A stretch of DNA of 61,319 bases. Source: a virus (taxonomy: Duplodnaviria; Caudoviricetes). Each line of letters starts with the position of its first letter. The first letter of the stretch is position 1. The notes beneath the pieces were generated by a model. That model was not told where the DNA came from. It worked only from the letters and a program-made list of their open reading frames with translations, and did no database searches. The stretch lies in the IMG/VR virus record IMGVR_UViG_3300020045_016338, positions 1-61,319 of that record; one strand, given 5' to 3'. This document shows, one piece after another, positions 1 through 8,410 of this stretch. Position numbers and translations under genes: made by a program.

Positions 1-60
1 GACAAGCGGTACCAGCATGTCAGGAACGTCTTGATCACGCCCATCAAGAAGGCCGTATGA
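1..60 (+). CDS. 3' end of small HTH protein (partial), paralogue of 1938-2201
   Basis: Frame 1 reads DKRYQHVRNVLITPIKKAV*, nearly identical to the C-terminus of the 1938-2201 protein. Confidence 0.8.
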   Translation, partial: DKRYQHVRNVLITPIKKAV

Positions 61-242
61 GGGCGGTCGGCATCATCATCGGGGCAGCGGTCATTACGAT
101 CGCTGTCCTACTCGGTCTAACGAAAATATTGTCAAGGACATACCACAATGTCAAATCGAACCAACGAGAACTTCCTGTACCCGCTCATGTCTGTCGAGAC
201 ACTGCGGTCGATCCAGGAACAGTTACTGGGCTTTGTAATTGA
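57..242 (+). CDS. Possible small membrane protein
   Basis: ATGA overlap with upstream stop; hydrophobic N-terminus; overlaps the next ORF by 95 nt. Confidence 0.4.
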   Translation: MRAVGIIIGAAVITIAVLLGLTKILSRTYHNVKSNQRELPVPAHVCRDTAVDPGTVTGLCN

Positions 243-372
243 TCTGACCCAGAACATCAACCATCCGAATGCGACCAATCAGGATCGGACGGAGGTCCTT
301 ACGGATCTAAAAGGACTGATTGATGAAGCAGTCATTATCGGATGGGCAATCGACGAAAAGGAAGGGAACTGA
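148..372 (+). CDS. Hypothetical protein
   Basis: AAGGA RBS upstream; 74 aa; tightly packed with next gene. Confidence 0.7.
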   Translation: MSNRTNENFLYPLMSVETLRSIQEQLLGFVIDLTQNINHPNATNQDRTEVLTDLKGLIDEAVIIGWAIDEKEGN

Positions 373-373
373 C

Positions 374-610
374 ATGACCCACGTTGACATCGACTATTCG
401 AGCCTACAGGGTGTGGCCAAACAGGAGGCCGCCCTCTGGGACATCAAGAACTGGATAGGCATTGAAAAGTTCGAACACCTGACCGCCGAACTCCGAAAAT
501 TCGATCGGGACGAAATGCCACTGGAACGAATGGCCATGCTGATGACTATTGCCGGGATCAGCGGATATCCGATCAGAGCATGGCACGAGTACATCTTCGA
601 CGGTAAGTAA
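374..610 (+). CDS. Hypothetical protein
   Basis: Likely start MTHVDID after AAGGGA; followed by a terminator. Confidence 0.7.
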   Translation: MTHVDIDYSSLQGVAKQEAALWDIKNWIGIEKFEHLTAELRKFDRDEMPLERMAMLMTIAGISGYPIRAWHEYIFDGK

Positions 611-627
611 CTGTCACCAGAACTACG

Positions 628-649
628 GAGGGGCTTCGGCCCCTCTTTT
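628..649 (+). terminator. Rho-independent terminator
   Basis: GAGGGGC-TTCG-GCCCCTC-TTTT. Confidence 0.85.
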
Positions 650-773
650 GGGCTATTTAGGGACCGTGCCAACTATGCGGACCGGGCCTTAACCTGACCG
701 TGCCCTTCATCGCTCGTGCTATAGAGCTGTGGCACTCGCCTGTTTCTGTCGCCTGGTTTCAAAATCTTAAGTG

Positions 774-825
774 CGCCCACTATTTGCCCACTTGCTTGAC
801 CTAATGAAATGCGATATATTATAAT
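774..825 (+). promoter_or_regulatory. Sigma70-like promoter with phage upstream element
   Basis: CGCCCACTATTTGCCCAC then TTGCTT-17-TATATT, or TTGACC-18-TATAAT. Confidence 0.7.
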
Positions 826-847
826 AAAGAATTGTTAGGGGATAACA

Positions 848-979
848 ATGGTAACGAATAACGGGAAGCCAAAGGTAGATGTGGTGGTAATGGCAGAAGG
901 TTTAGCGGTAGGTATCGAGGCAGTGCTGTTCTTCTTAGTCATGGTAGTGATCCTTTTGTTTGACGTAGGTTTTAATTAA
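848..979 (+). CDS. 43-aa single-TM peptide (below ORF-track cutoff)
   Basis: AGGGGA RBS; MVTNNGKPKVDVVVMAEGLAVGIEAVLFFLVMVVILLFDVGFN*. Confidence 0.55.
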   Translation: MVTNNGKPKVDVVVMAEGLAVGIEAVLFFLVMVVILLFDVGFN

Positions 980-986
980 CCTTACA

Positions 987-1038
987 AATATATAATACTA
1001 TACTTTATGAGGTCAATCACTAGGTCAAATGGTGGGCG
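987..1038 (-). promoter_or_regulatory. Leftward promoter, antisense to 848-979
   Basis: Minus strand CGCCCACCATTTGACCTAGTGA-TTGACC-18-TATATT, a mirror of the 774-825 promoter. Confidence 0.6.
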
Positions 1039-1188
1039 CCCTACTTTATTTTACAGGCGGGCTTTGCAGGTCTATAGACCGCACGGTCCCAAGCGCTCGA
1101 GACAGGTCGACCGGGCAGGTCTGACAGGTCATACTATTACCCGCCCGCCCGGTCCTTTTGGCACGGTCCGCACGGTCCCCTTTTGGGC

Positions 1189-1212
1189 AAAAGAAAAGGC
1201 CCCGAAGGGCCT
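1189..1212 (-). terminator. Rho-independent terminator
   Basis: Minus strand AGGCCC-TTC-GGGCCT followed by TTTCTTTT. Confidence 0.8.
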
Positions 1213-1299
1213 GATCCTTAGTTACAGGGTGTAAAGGATCGATGCGAAGACCGCAAGGATCAGTAGGGCTCCGAAGAGCCCGTCCCGATGTGTCATGCC

Positions 1300-1518
1300 T
1301 TATCCTTTCTTTGGTGTGAGGATGTCCTGGAGTAGCTGAAGCATCTTCAGGTCGTCCTGGAGTTGAGCGGCTAGCGCTGCCATGTCTTGCGCTTCGGCCA
1401 CATTGCAGAGTTCGGTCTGAATGTCCCTGCAAGTCATGAGGCAGAACTGTTGGAGGTCGTCTCGCATTGCACGAATCGTAGTGTCCGTGAAGCGCATGCG
1501 GATGAAAAGCTTGTCCAT
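1300..1518 (-). CDS. Hypothetical protein
   Basis: 72 aa; AAGGACAGGT upstream. Confidence 0.65.
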   Translation of the reverse strand: MDKLFIRMRFTDTTIRAMRDDLQQFCLMTCRDIQTELCNVAEAQDMAALAAQLQDDLKMLQLLQDILTPKKG

Positions 1519-1583
1519 GATGTTAGTTACCTGTCCTTTAGTTACTGGGAGTTCAGAGCATTCGCGCTCTGAATGATTAGTCC

Positions 1584-1790
1584 CTAGTGTGCGTTGGTCT
1601 TGTCACCGAACAGATCCGCGAGAATCAGTCGGTACAGCGCGGAGAGTTCGTTGTAGTACGCGAGCTCGTAGTTCTCGTCGTCCTCGAATCTCTCCATGTC
1701 ATACTTGGCATTGAGCTTAGCTACCAGTGGATCCTGATCCAGGATGGCTTTGATCGCATCGTACTGTGCCATGTTAGGAGCCTGTGTCAT
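1584..1790 (-). CDS. Hypothetical acidic protein
   Basis: Start MTQAPN after GAGGT. Confidence 0.65.
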   Translation of the reverse strand: MTQAPNMAQYDAIKAILDQDPLVAKLNAKYDMERFEDDENYELAYYNELSALYRLILADLFGDKTNAH

Positions 1791-1937
1791 ATCATCTACC
1801 TCGGTTGTGGAGGACTGGACTAGTCCGTTTGATGTATTAGGAGACGTCGCGAACTTCATTGCCCGCGACGCATTTTGTTACCGCGAGTAGAACCGCTATC
1901 GTTATGATAGCGGCTCCGATGATCGTGGCGATTAGTC

Positions 1938-2201
1938 TCATTTCGCCTTCTTGATCGGTGTGATCAGAACATTGCGTACATGCTGATAGCGCTTGTTGAG
2001 GAGCTTAGCGATCGCTCCGCGCGACATTCCGTGAGCTGCGAGACCGCGAATGGCTGAGCTCGTAGTCTTGAACTCTTCCATCGCACTCTCGAGCGTGTAT
2101 ACCTTCGGTTCGTCGGAGACCTGATCGATGATGACTTCAGAGACCAGCTCGACTTCGTTGGTTTCAACGGTAGCGAGAGCGTTGTTGTTGTTACGTGCCA
2201 T
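1938..2201 (-). CDS. Small HTH DNA-binding protein
   Basis: SAIRGLAAHGMSRGAIAKLLNKRYQHVRNVL HTH pattern; AAGGA RBS. Confidence 0.7.
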   Translation of the reverse strand: MARNNNNALATVETNEVELVSEVIIDQVSDEPKVYTLESAMEEFKTTSSAIRGLAAHGMSRGAIAKLLNKRYQHVRNVLITPIKKAK

Positions 2202-2229
2202 GGTAGTAGTATCCTTCATATAGCGACTT

Positions 2230-2760
2230 TGTCGCGTTGAGGTTGATTTTGGTAGAGTAACACATTTAGTTGGTATACTTTTCTTATATTACGAGATACT
2301 TACGTATCGTACGTTAGGATCTTATAATATATTAACAATGAGAAAGAGCTTAGTATGTAGAATTCTTTTCGTCTTACATACTATATAAAGTAACAAAGAT
2401 TTTTTTTTCTTTCTTTCTTCTGTTTCTTTATTAAATATAATATAGTATATTTTTTTATTTTTTTCAACATATACTTATTTAATTTACTATTTAATAAGTT
2501 AAAAAAAGTTAATAATTTTTAAGAACGGAATTTTCTTTTTAAGAAACTTCGCGCTTAGGGGTCAAACTATTCCTAGGGATTTTAATAGGCTTAAGAGGCA
2601 CTAATTACACGTGCAGTATTAGTATGATTGTACTCAGAGTCTGTGTTATATTATTAATGCACTCATTAGAGTTACCCGTACAGCGGATCCTTCTATCGCG
2701 GGAATTACCGCTACTGCACTCATGATATAACTGGCGCTCAAAAAAATTTTGGGTCGAAAA
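2230..2760. other. Very AT-rich non-coding region between divergent units (candidate ori or packaging region)
   Basis: Poly-T and poly-A tracts at about 2395-2545; no ORF of 60 aa or more. Confidence 0.55.
2703..2722. repeat. Dispersed repeat AATTACCGCTACTGCACTCA, copy 1
   Basis: 20/20 match to 32771-32790; 17-bp core at 45334-45350. Confidence 0.9.
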
Positions 2761-2768
2761 TTTGGGAC

Positions 2769-2797
2769 TTGAAAGGCCCTTGCTAATGCGCTATTAT
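2769..2797 (+). promoter_or_regulatory. Promoter for the packaging operon
   Basis: TTGAAA-17-TATTAT. Confidence 0.6.
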
Positions 2798-2827
2798 ATT
2801 ATAAAGAGGCAACACTGGGCTAACCAA

Positions 2828-3928
2828 ATGGCGCGAACAACCACTGTCCTAGATTTGACGTCCTCTGAATACTCCGCACAAGCTGAATACAAGCCGCAAA
2901 AGCAAGTGCAAGAACCCGAGTTTATTCAGGATCCGCGTCGATTGGTAGATCCCACGTTGGACGAAGCCAGTGAGCTCCCAGCAGGTGTAGAGCTTGCGTT
3001 CAAGAAGACTCTGCATGGTGCGTTTAAGAACGTCGATCCTGCGCGCGTTGGGACGCATGCTGACCTGATCGCACAGTTGACTCTGGCAATCCCATTAAAC
3101 GAATATGAACTCCCTCCTTTTGTCTACCGAGCTGATATGCTCGATATGGCATATGTCCTCGACACTATCCGTGCGTATCTGGGGCAGAAGAACCCTAGCA
3201 CCACCTCTACTTCTTCCTTTCCCGCTCGAAGCGCGGGTCCCGAAGAGATGCAAGCCCTGCAGCAACATTTGGATGCCGCTACTGTTGCGTTGAACTATTC
3301 CGAGGGCTACCCGCAGCTAGGGAACGGCCAACCATTTTGGGCAAAGTTGGAATTTGAGTCCAATGAAGCATATGCAATGTTCTTGGACTACGTCGCGCTC
3401 GAAGGTATTCGCCAACTCGAAAGTCTCCGCTCGTATAATCCGCGAGACTGTCGCGAAAATTATGCCCTTCATTTCTGGTATTTTCGCGCTAAAGCATTTG
3501 ACCTTTTCAAAGTAGCTGACCACCAGCGGAAACGTCTGACGCGGATGCTGAAGTCCGAAGACGATCATTATACCAAAGCAGAAGCAATTCTCAAGAAGGT
3601 CGTGGGCTACCTTGATGCGGTTGATCTGGAAGATGAAGCCTCTTCTATGGATCCTTCCAAAGCCGTTGCCATGATGGAAAAGCTGGTGAAGATTTCTCGT
3701 ATCAGTATTGGCCTCCCAGCTAACGGCGAATCCAAGGAAAGTGCTGGAAGGCGTACGATATCTCCAACTCGCGTTCTCATTGACGAAATCAACCAAGCAG
3801 GCTCCAGGAAAGCTGAATCTGCCGAGGATGGGTTCGATTTGCTGCTTGACGAGGATGACGATCTGGTCGATATGGCCCAGGATCTTATCATCCGCCGTCA
3901 GCAGCTTAGCCAGGATAACAGAAAGTAA
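2828..3928 (+). CDS. Probable terminase small subunit
   Basis: Directly upstream of TerL; ESNEAYAMFLDY...W..RAKAFD pattern typical of TerS-like proteins; start MARTTT preferred over TTG at 2762. Confidence 0.6.
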   Translation: MARTTTVLDLTSSEYSAQAEYKPQKQVQEPEFIQDPRRLVDPTLDEASELPAGVELAFKKTLHGAFKNVDPARVGTHADLIAQLTLAIPLNEYELPPFVYRADMLDMAYVLDTIRAYLGQKNPSTTSTSSFPARSAGPEEMQALQQHLDAATVALNYSEGYPQLGNGQPFWAKLEFESNEAYAMFLDYVALEGIRQLESLRSYNPRDCRENYALHFWYFRAKAFDLFKVADHQRKRLTRMLKSEDDHYTKAEAILKKVVGYLDAVDLEDEASSMDPSKAVAMMEKLVKISRISIGLPANGESKESAGRRTISPTRVLIDEINQAGSRKAESAEDGFDLLLDEDDDLVDMAQDLIIRRQQLSQDNRK

Positions 3929-3934
3929 CGTCGC

Positions 3935-5476
3935 ATGAAATTCATTAACGGGATTGATCCGCTTGATTCGGCTGCCAATCGTCAGATGGCGGCTCGTTTG
4001 GCGTCGCAGTGGAAGTTGACACCTGCAACTTTTGCACATGAAATCTCCCGCCATCAATGGATTCCGTCAAAGCACCTGATGTATATTTCCTCTCGTGTTG
4101 CCAAAGGTATTGCACGAGGTAATGCCCGTATCATTATCTCTGCCCCGCCTCGTCATGGAAAGAGCCAGCTGACTTCTATTTATACGCCTGCTTGGGTCCT
4201 AGAAAATTTTCCGCACTACAAGACCATTATCACTGGGTATGGCGCCGATCTGGTTACAGGCTTCTCACGTCAAGTACGTGATTTGTTCACGGACCAGTCA
4301 AATTTTGGGCTGCTCAATACCCGCATCAGGAAGGATGCAAGCCGTGTCGAACAGTTCCTTACTGACCAAGGTGGTGGCGTGTTTGCTGTTGGTCTTGGTG
4401 GCGCTATTACTGGTCGTGGTGCGCACGTATTGCTCATTGACGACTATATCAAGGAAATTAAAGAGGCACTTTCCCCAGCTTATCGCGATTATATTTGGAA
4501 TTGGTTTGTTACTACTGCTTTTACACGGCTTGAACCTGGTGGCAGTTGTATTATCATTGCAACTAGGTGGCATTCTGACGACTTGATCGGCCGCATTCTG
4601 AAGAATCTGCCTGAAGAAGGTTGGGAATATATTGAGATCCCTGCAATTGCCGAAGAAAATGACATTATTGGTAGAGCTGTGGGCGAAGCTCTATTCCCTG
4701 AACGATATCCTTTGAAGCGGCTTAAGGAACTTCAGGTAACTCTCGGGTCGGTCTTCTTTAAGGCACTGTTCCAACAGAAGCCTGTGGACGAATCCAAGAA
4801 GATTACTGACCGCAACTGGATTCAGATTATCCCCGAAATCGACTGGATCGCACGGAAAACGCATAGTTGGAAGCGTACACGCATGTGGGACTTTGCTGCC
4901 ACGAAAGATGGCGGCGACTATACCACTGGAACTCTGCTGGCATATGATATAACAACAGGTAATGTGTATGTTGAAAACGTGATTCGTCGCCAAATGTCTC
5001 CTGGACAAGTCGAGACATGTGTCGCACAAACCGCTGCAGCTGATGGATATGACGTTGCAGTGCGTATTGAGCAAGAACCCGGATCTTCTGGCAAAGCTCT
5101 CGTGCACCATTTTGCGACAAATGTGCTCAAGAACTACAAAGTTATTCCTGTTCCAGTTGTTACTAACAAGATCGCACGCGCACAGCCTTTTATTGCGGCA
5201 GCTGAAGCAGGCAAGATCTATTGCATTCTCGGCGGTTGGAACGAATCTTTCCTTAAGGAATTCGATGAATTTCCCGGCTCCGCACATGACGACCAAGTTG
5301 ACACAGCATCTGCAGGATATACCGAGTTGACAGGTAAGGTTGTGTATACAGCTGCCTGGGGAAGAAGTGGTGCATCTGGTAGTACGCGCAATTCGCATGC
5401 AATTGAACAAGCATCCCGTGAAAATGTGGTTAGTTTCTCGACCGGTAGAGTTACCGGGGCAACTTTTGGAAGGTAG
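3935..5476 (+). CDS. terL: Terminase large subunit
   Basis: Walker A PPRHGKS, Walker B LLIDD, TRWHSDD, nuclease motifs WDFA and HDDQVD. Confidence 0.95.
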   Translation: MKFINGIDPLDSAANRQMAARLASQWKLTPATFAHEISRHQWIPSKHLMYISSRVAKGIARGNARIIISAPPRHGKSQLTSIYTPAWVLENFPHYKTIITGYGADLVTGFSRQVRDLFTDQSNFGLLNTRIRKDASRVEQFLTDQGGGVFAVGLGGAITGRGAHVLLIDDYIKEIKEALSPAYRDYIWNWFVTTAFTRLEPGGSCIIIATRWHSDDLIGRILKNLPEEGWEYIEIPAIAEENDIIGRAVGEALFPERYPLKRLKELQVTLGSVFFKALFQQKPVDESKKITDRNWIQIIPEIDWIARKTHSWKRTRMWDFAATKDGGDYTTGTLLAYDITTGNVYVENVIRRQMSPGQVETCVAQTAAADGYDVAVRIEQEPGSSGKALVHHFATNVLKNYKVIPVPVVTNKIARAQPFIAAAEAGKIYCILGGWNESFLKEFDEFPGSAHDDQVDTASAGYTELTGKVVYTAAWGRSGASGSTRNSHAIEQASRENVVSFSTGRVTGATFGR

Positions 5477-5483
5477 GTGACCT

Positions 5484-6956
5484 ATGGCGATTTCTGAGAT
5501 GAAGGTCTTTTCAAGCGTAACCCATCTGATTGAGCGTGCAAAATTGGCTGCTCTCGGCGGTTTTGGGTTCGGAGGTGCTCGGGACTACTACAAAGTGCTT
5601 GGATATTCGCGTACCCTATCGCACGCAGACTTCATGAACAAATATCTGCGTCAAGATGTCGCACAACGCATCATCAATGCGCCGGTTGATGCTACTTGGC
5701 AGGATCCTCCACAGATTCTTACCAAGATCAATGGGACGACGAATGATGTCTGGCAAGAATGGGAGACATTTGCGCGGGAAAATGACATCTATATGCATCT
5801 GGCTAAGGCAGACCTCTTTGCAGGGCTGGGGTCACTCGCTATTCTTGTGGTGGGTTTCGATGATGGACGCAGACTTGATCAGCCTGTAGGGCGTGCAGCC
5901 TCAGGCAAACTACTTTATTTGCAGCCCTATCTTGAAGGCAGCGTCGATATTACCCAATTCGATACCGATATGCGCTCTCCGCGATTCGGCCAGCCGACGA
6001 TGTATACTGTTACGCCTGGAGATGTGATTCATTCCAAGACTGTTAGCTCTGGGGGCACAAAGCTTCGCGATAAGTTCGAGGTCCATTATACTCGAGTGTT
6101 ACATCTGGCCGACAATACGCTGGAAAACTCGGTTTATGGTCATTCCAGACTCGAACCGCTGTACAATACTCTCGATGACCTCATGAAGGTTACCGGCGGT
6201 TCTGCTGAAACGTATTGGCTCTTGGCCAATCGTGGCATGCATATCGACGTCGACAAGGATATGGATCTTCAGGCAGAAGATGCAAAGAACCTATCCGACG
6301 AAATCGATGAATATCAGCATCAGCTGCGCCGTGTTCTGCGTACTCGCGGTGTGACTGTTAAGAGTCTCGGCTCTGATGCAGCGGATCCAAAGAATGAATT
6401 CGGCGTGTTGATGTCATTGCTTTCTGCGGGTTCAGGACTTCCCCAACGTGTGATGATGGGGGCAGAAGCTGGACAGCTGGCATCCCAGCAAGATCGTGCA
6501 AATTGGGCAGCTCGAGTAGCTGAACGTATTGCAAAGTTCGCACAACCGAAAGTCCTGAAGCCTTTTGTCCAGATGATGGGAAATGCTGGAGTTATTAAGC
6601 TTCCACCCGTACTGGATTATTCATGGCCGGAAGCGTTTAAGATGAATCCGCTTGAACGTGCGCAGACTTCTGCTCAGATGGCTCGTTCGGCGACTAACGT
6701 CGCGAGAGCACTCTCAACAGCACAAACAGTCGGAGTTGATCTTCTGTCCGTCGAAGAGAGCCGTGCGATCATTGCCCCCACCACCAAGATGCCTGAATTT
6801 ATTGGTCCAGCTGTCGGGACGATGACTCCGCCAATTCAAGAGATGGATCCGCAGAAATTCGAGCCAACAGTACAGCCAGCAGCAGCAACAGCTGAGACTC
6901 CTGCTCCCGCTCCCGCTCCAGTTAAGCCTAAGGTTAAGCCCAAAGCGAAGGTGTAA
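5484..6956 (+). CDS. Portal protein (DUF1073-like)
   Basis: Follows TerL; 490 aa; VHYTRVLH, G.S.LEP.YN and GQLAS..D motifs. Confidence 0.85.
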   Translation: MAISEMKVFSSVTHLIERAKLAALGGFGFGGARDYYKVLGYSRTLSHADFMNKYLRQDVAQRIINAPVDATWQDPPQILTKINGTTNDVWQEWETFARENDIYMHLAKADLFAGLGSLAILVVGFDDGRRLDQPVGRAASGKLLYLQPYLEGSVDITQFDTDMRSPRFGQPTMYTVTPGDVIHSKTVSSGGTKLRDKFEVHYTRVLHLADNTLENSVYGHSRLEPLYNTLDDLMKVTGGSAETYWLLANRGMHIDVDKDMDLQAEDAKNLSDEIDEYQHQLRRVLRTRGVTVKSLGSDAADPKNEFGVLMSLLSAGSGLPQRVMMGAEAGQLASQQDRANWAARVAERIAKFAQPKVLKPFVQMMGNAGVIKLPPVLDYSWPEAFKMNPLERAQTSAQMARSATNVARALSTAQTVGVDLLSVEESRAIIAPTTKMPEFIGPAVGTMTPPIQEMDPQKFEPTVQPAAATAETPAPAPAPVKPKVKPKAKV

Positions 6957-7079
6957 CAGAGTACACCCACCACCTCTACATACCTTTCTTCCCCATCAGG
7001 TGCGCGGTCCCAGGCATATAGTTTGGGGCCGATATTGTATCTACCATACATTCTGGAGTATATTAAGTCCTCTTGATTT

Positions 7080-7109
7080 TTGACCAAAATTATGGTAAGA
7101 TATTATAAT
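7080..7109 (+). promoter_or_regulatory. Promoter for the three-gene cassette
   Basis: TTGACC-18-TATAAT. Confidence 0.65.
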
Positions 7110-7145
7110 GTCGGGTAAAAGGCTGTTTCAAGGCGGTGATGTATT

Positions 7146-7466
7146 GTGGAGTCATTACCTACTAAAGCGATTGATTATTTGCTTACCAACACCGTTTTAG
7201 GTGTTACAACCATTCTTTTTATGTATATTGCTTGGAAGTTATTGACCCGCTCTTGGGAGCGAGAAGCAGCGCATAAAATAGAGCTTGACGAAATTCGCCT
7301 GGAAATAGAAGAAATATATTCAGTGCATGCAACCGAAATTGCGTCACTAAATAAAGCATTGTATGACCAGCAGGAAAGACGTGTTGAGGAACTTAAAGCA
7401 GCTACTACAGCGCTAATTAAGTTCAATGATGCCAGCCTTGCGGTTTTAGCTAAAGCCGGAATATAA
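7146..7466 (+). CDS. Membrane-anchored coiled-coil protein
   Basis: N-terminal TM (VLGVTTILFMYIAW) followed by a heptad-like region. Confidence 0.65.
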   Translation: MESLPTKAIDYLLTNTVLGVTTILFMYIAWKLLTRSWEREAAHKIELDEIRLEIEEIYSVHATEIASLNKALYDQQERRVEELKAATTALIKFNDASLAVLAKAGI

Positions 7467-7469
7467 CAC

Positions 7470-7790
7470 ATGTTCATATCCGTGGTTAAATGGCTAATGC
7501 AGTTTAAAACCAGTTCCGTTGATGATAAATCAACTCAGGAAGGGCTTGAAGAGGTCCCGAAATCATCAGCATCAGCATCCGCATCAGCAAATACACATAA
7601 GCATACGCATGTACGTGCACCAGTGACGTTTGATACGGTCGAAACCGCTCGTTTACCGAGTGAACACCTAGAAGCCGAAACCAAACTGTACCTAGGCAAA
7701 TTTGTAATACAGATTATAGCTTTAGGAAACAGATCGGCTGAAATCAGGGAAACACTAGCCGAGGCTGCTCTCAATGGAAAAGATACCTGA
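7470..7790 (+). CDS. Hypothetical protein
   Basis: Packed between neighbours; SASASA low-complexity tract. Confidence 0.55.
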   Translation: MFISVVKWLMQFKTSSVDDKSTQEGLEEVPKSSASASASANTHKHTHVRAPVTFDTVETARLPSEHLEAETKLYLGKFVIQIIALGNRSAEIRETLAEAALNGKDT

Positions 7791-8289
7791 AATGAAACCA
7801 CCTTCTGCTAATATTGCATTTTGGATTGCTGTAGGCGGTATCCTGTCGTTTGGAATTCTGTATTACATCCTCCGCACTGACATTACTTCAATTGTGGCTT
7901 CATCGTTGAGCCTTGGCGTAGCGCTTATGCTCATTATTACTTGGGCGCCTGCATGCTACTCAGCAGTTAAACGCGGTTCGAGAGAAGGCAGAGATCTTTT
8001 GCGAATGGGCATATGGTTTACTGCTTTAGGGGTTCTACTCTCCCGTATTTATGTCATCATTTATGTTGTGCTTGATCGGCCGGATTGGCTGCTGTACACC
8101 CCGTTCAATTCGATAGGTGTTTGGACATATATCTGGGGAGCGGGAATGATTCTGCTTGCACCAGGAACAACGGAAGGGGTAATTCCCATGACCAATTTCT
8201 GGATTATTGCCTTCGCCATTGCCATTGGAATAGGCGTTTCATCATTTACTTTGGGCTTCTTTTTGGCGCAAATTACGACCGGAATTTGA
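7774..8289 (+). CDS. Multi-pass membrane protein (about 5 TM)
   Basis: Five hydrophobic segments in 171 aa. Confidence 0.7.
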   Translation: MEKIPEMKPPSANIAFWIAVGGILSFGILYYILRTDITSIVASSLSLGVALMLIITWAPACYSAVKRGSREGRDLLRMGIWFTALGVLLSRIYVIIYVVLDRPDWLLYTPFNSIGVWTYIWGAGMILLAPGTTEGVIPMTNFWIIAFAIAIGIGVSSFTLGFFLAQITTGI

Positions 8290-8340
8290 CCAGCGTACTG
8301 CCCATAAGATTTCCAAGCAAACGGACAACAAAAATTCCGG

Positions 8341-8369
8341 TTGCATTTTGACTAGAGAATGACTATAAT
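8341..8369 (+). promoter_or_regulatory. Head operon promoter
   Basis: TTGCAT-17-TATAAT. Confidence 0.65.
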
Positions 8370-8410
8370 GAACATTAAATACAGCCACTTGACTAGAATG
8401 GGCGAACCGA

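Larger units (their letters stand above)
661..1178. repeat. Inverted arrays of GGACCGTGC / GCACGGTCC
   Basis: Left: GGACCGTGCCAA 661, GGACCGGGC 679, GACCGTGC 696. Right: GCACGGTCC 1081, 1161, 1170; GCCCGGTCC 1147. Confidence 0.75.

Noticed and set aside
5484-6956. Anti-CBASS Acb1 label often attached to DUF1073 proteins
   Set aside because: Size and position after TerL indicate a portal; no separate nuclease domain seen
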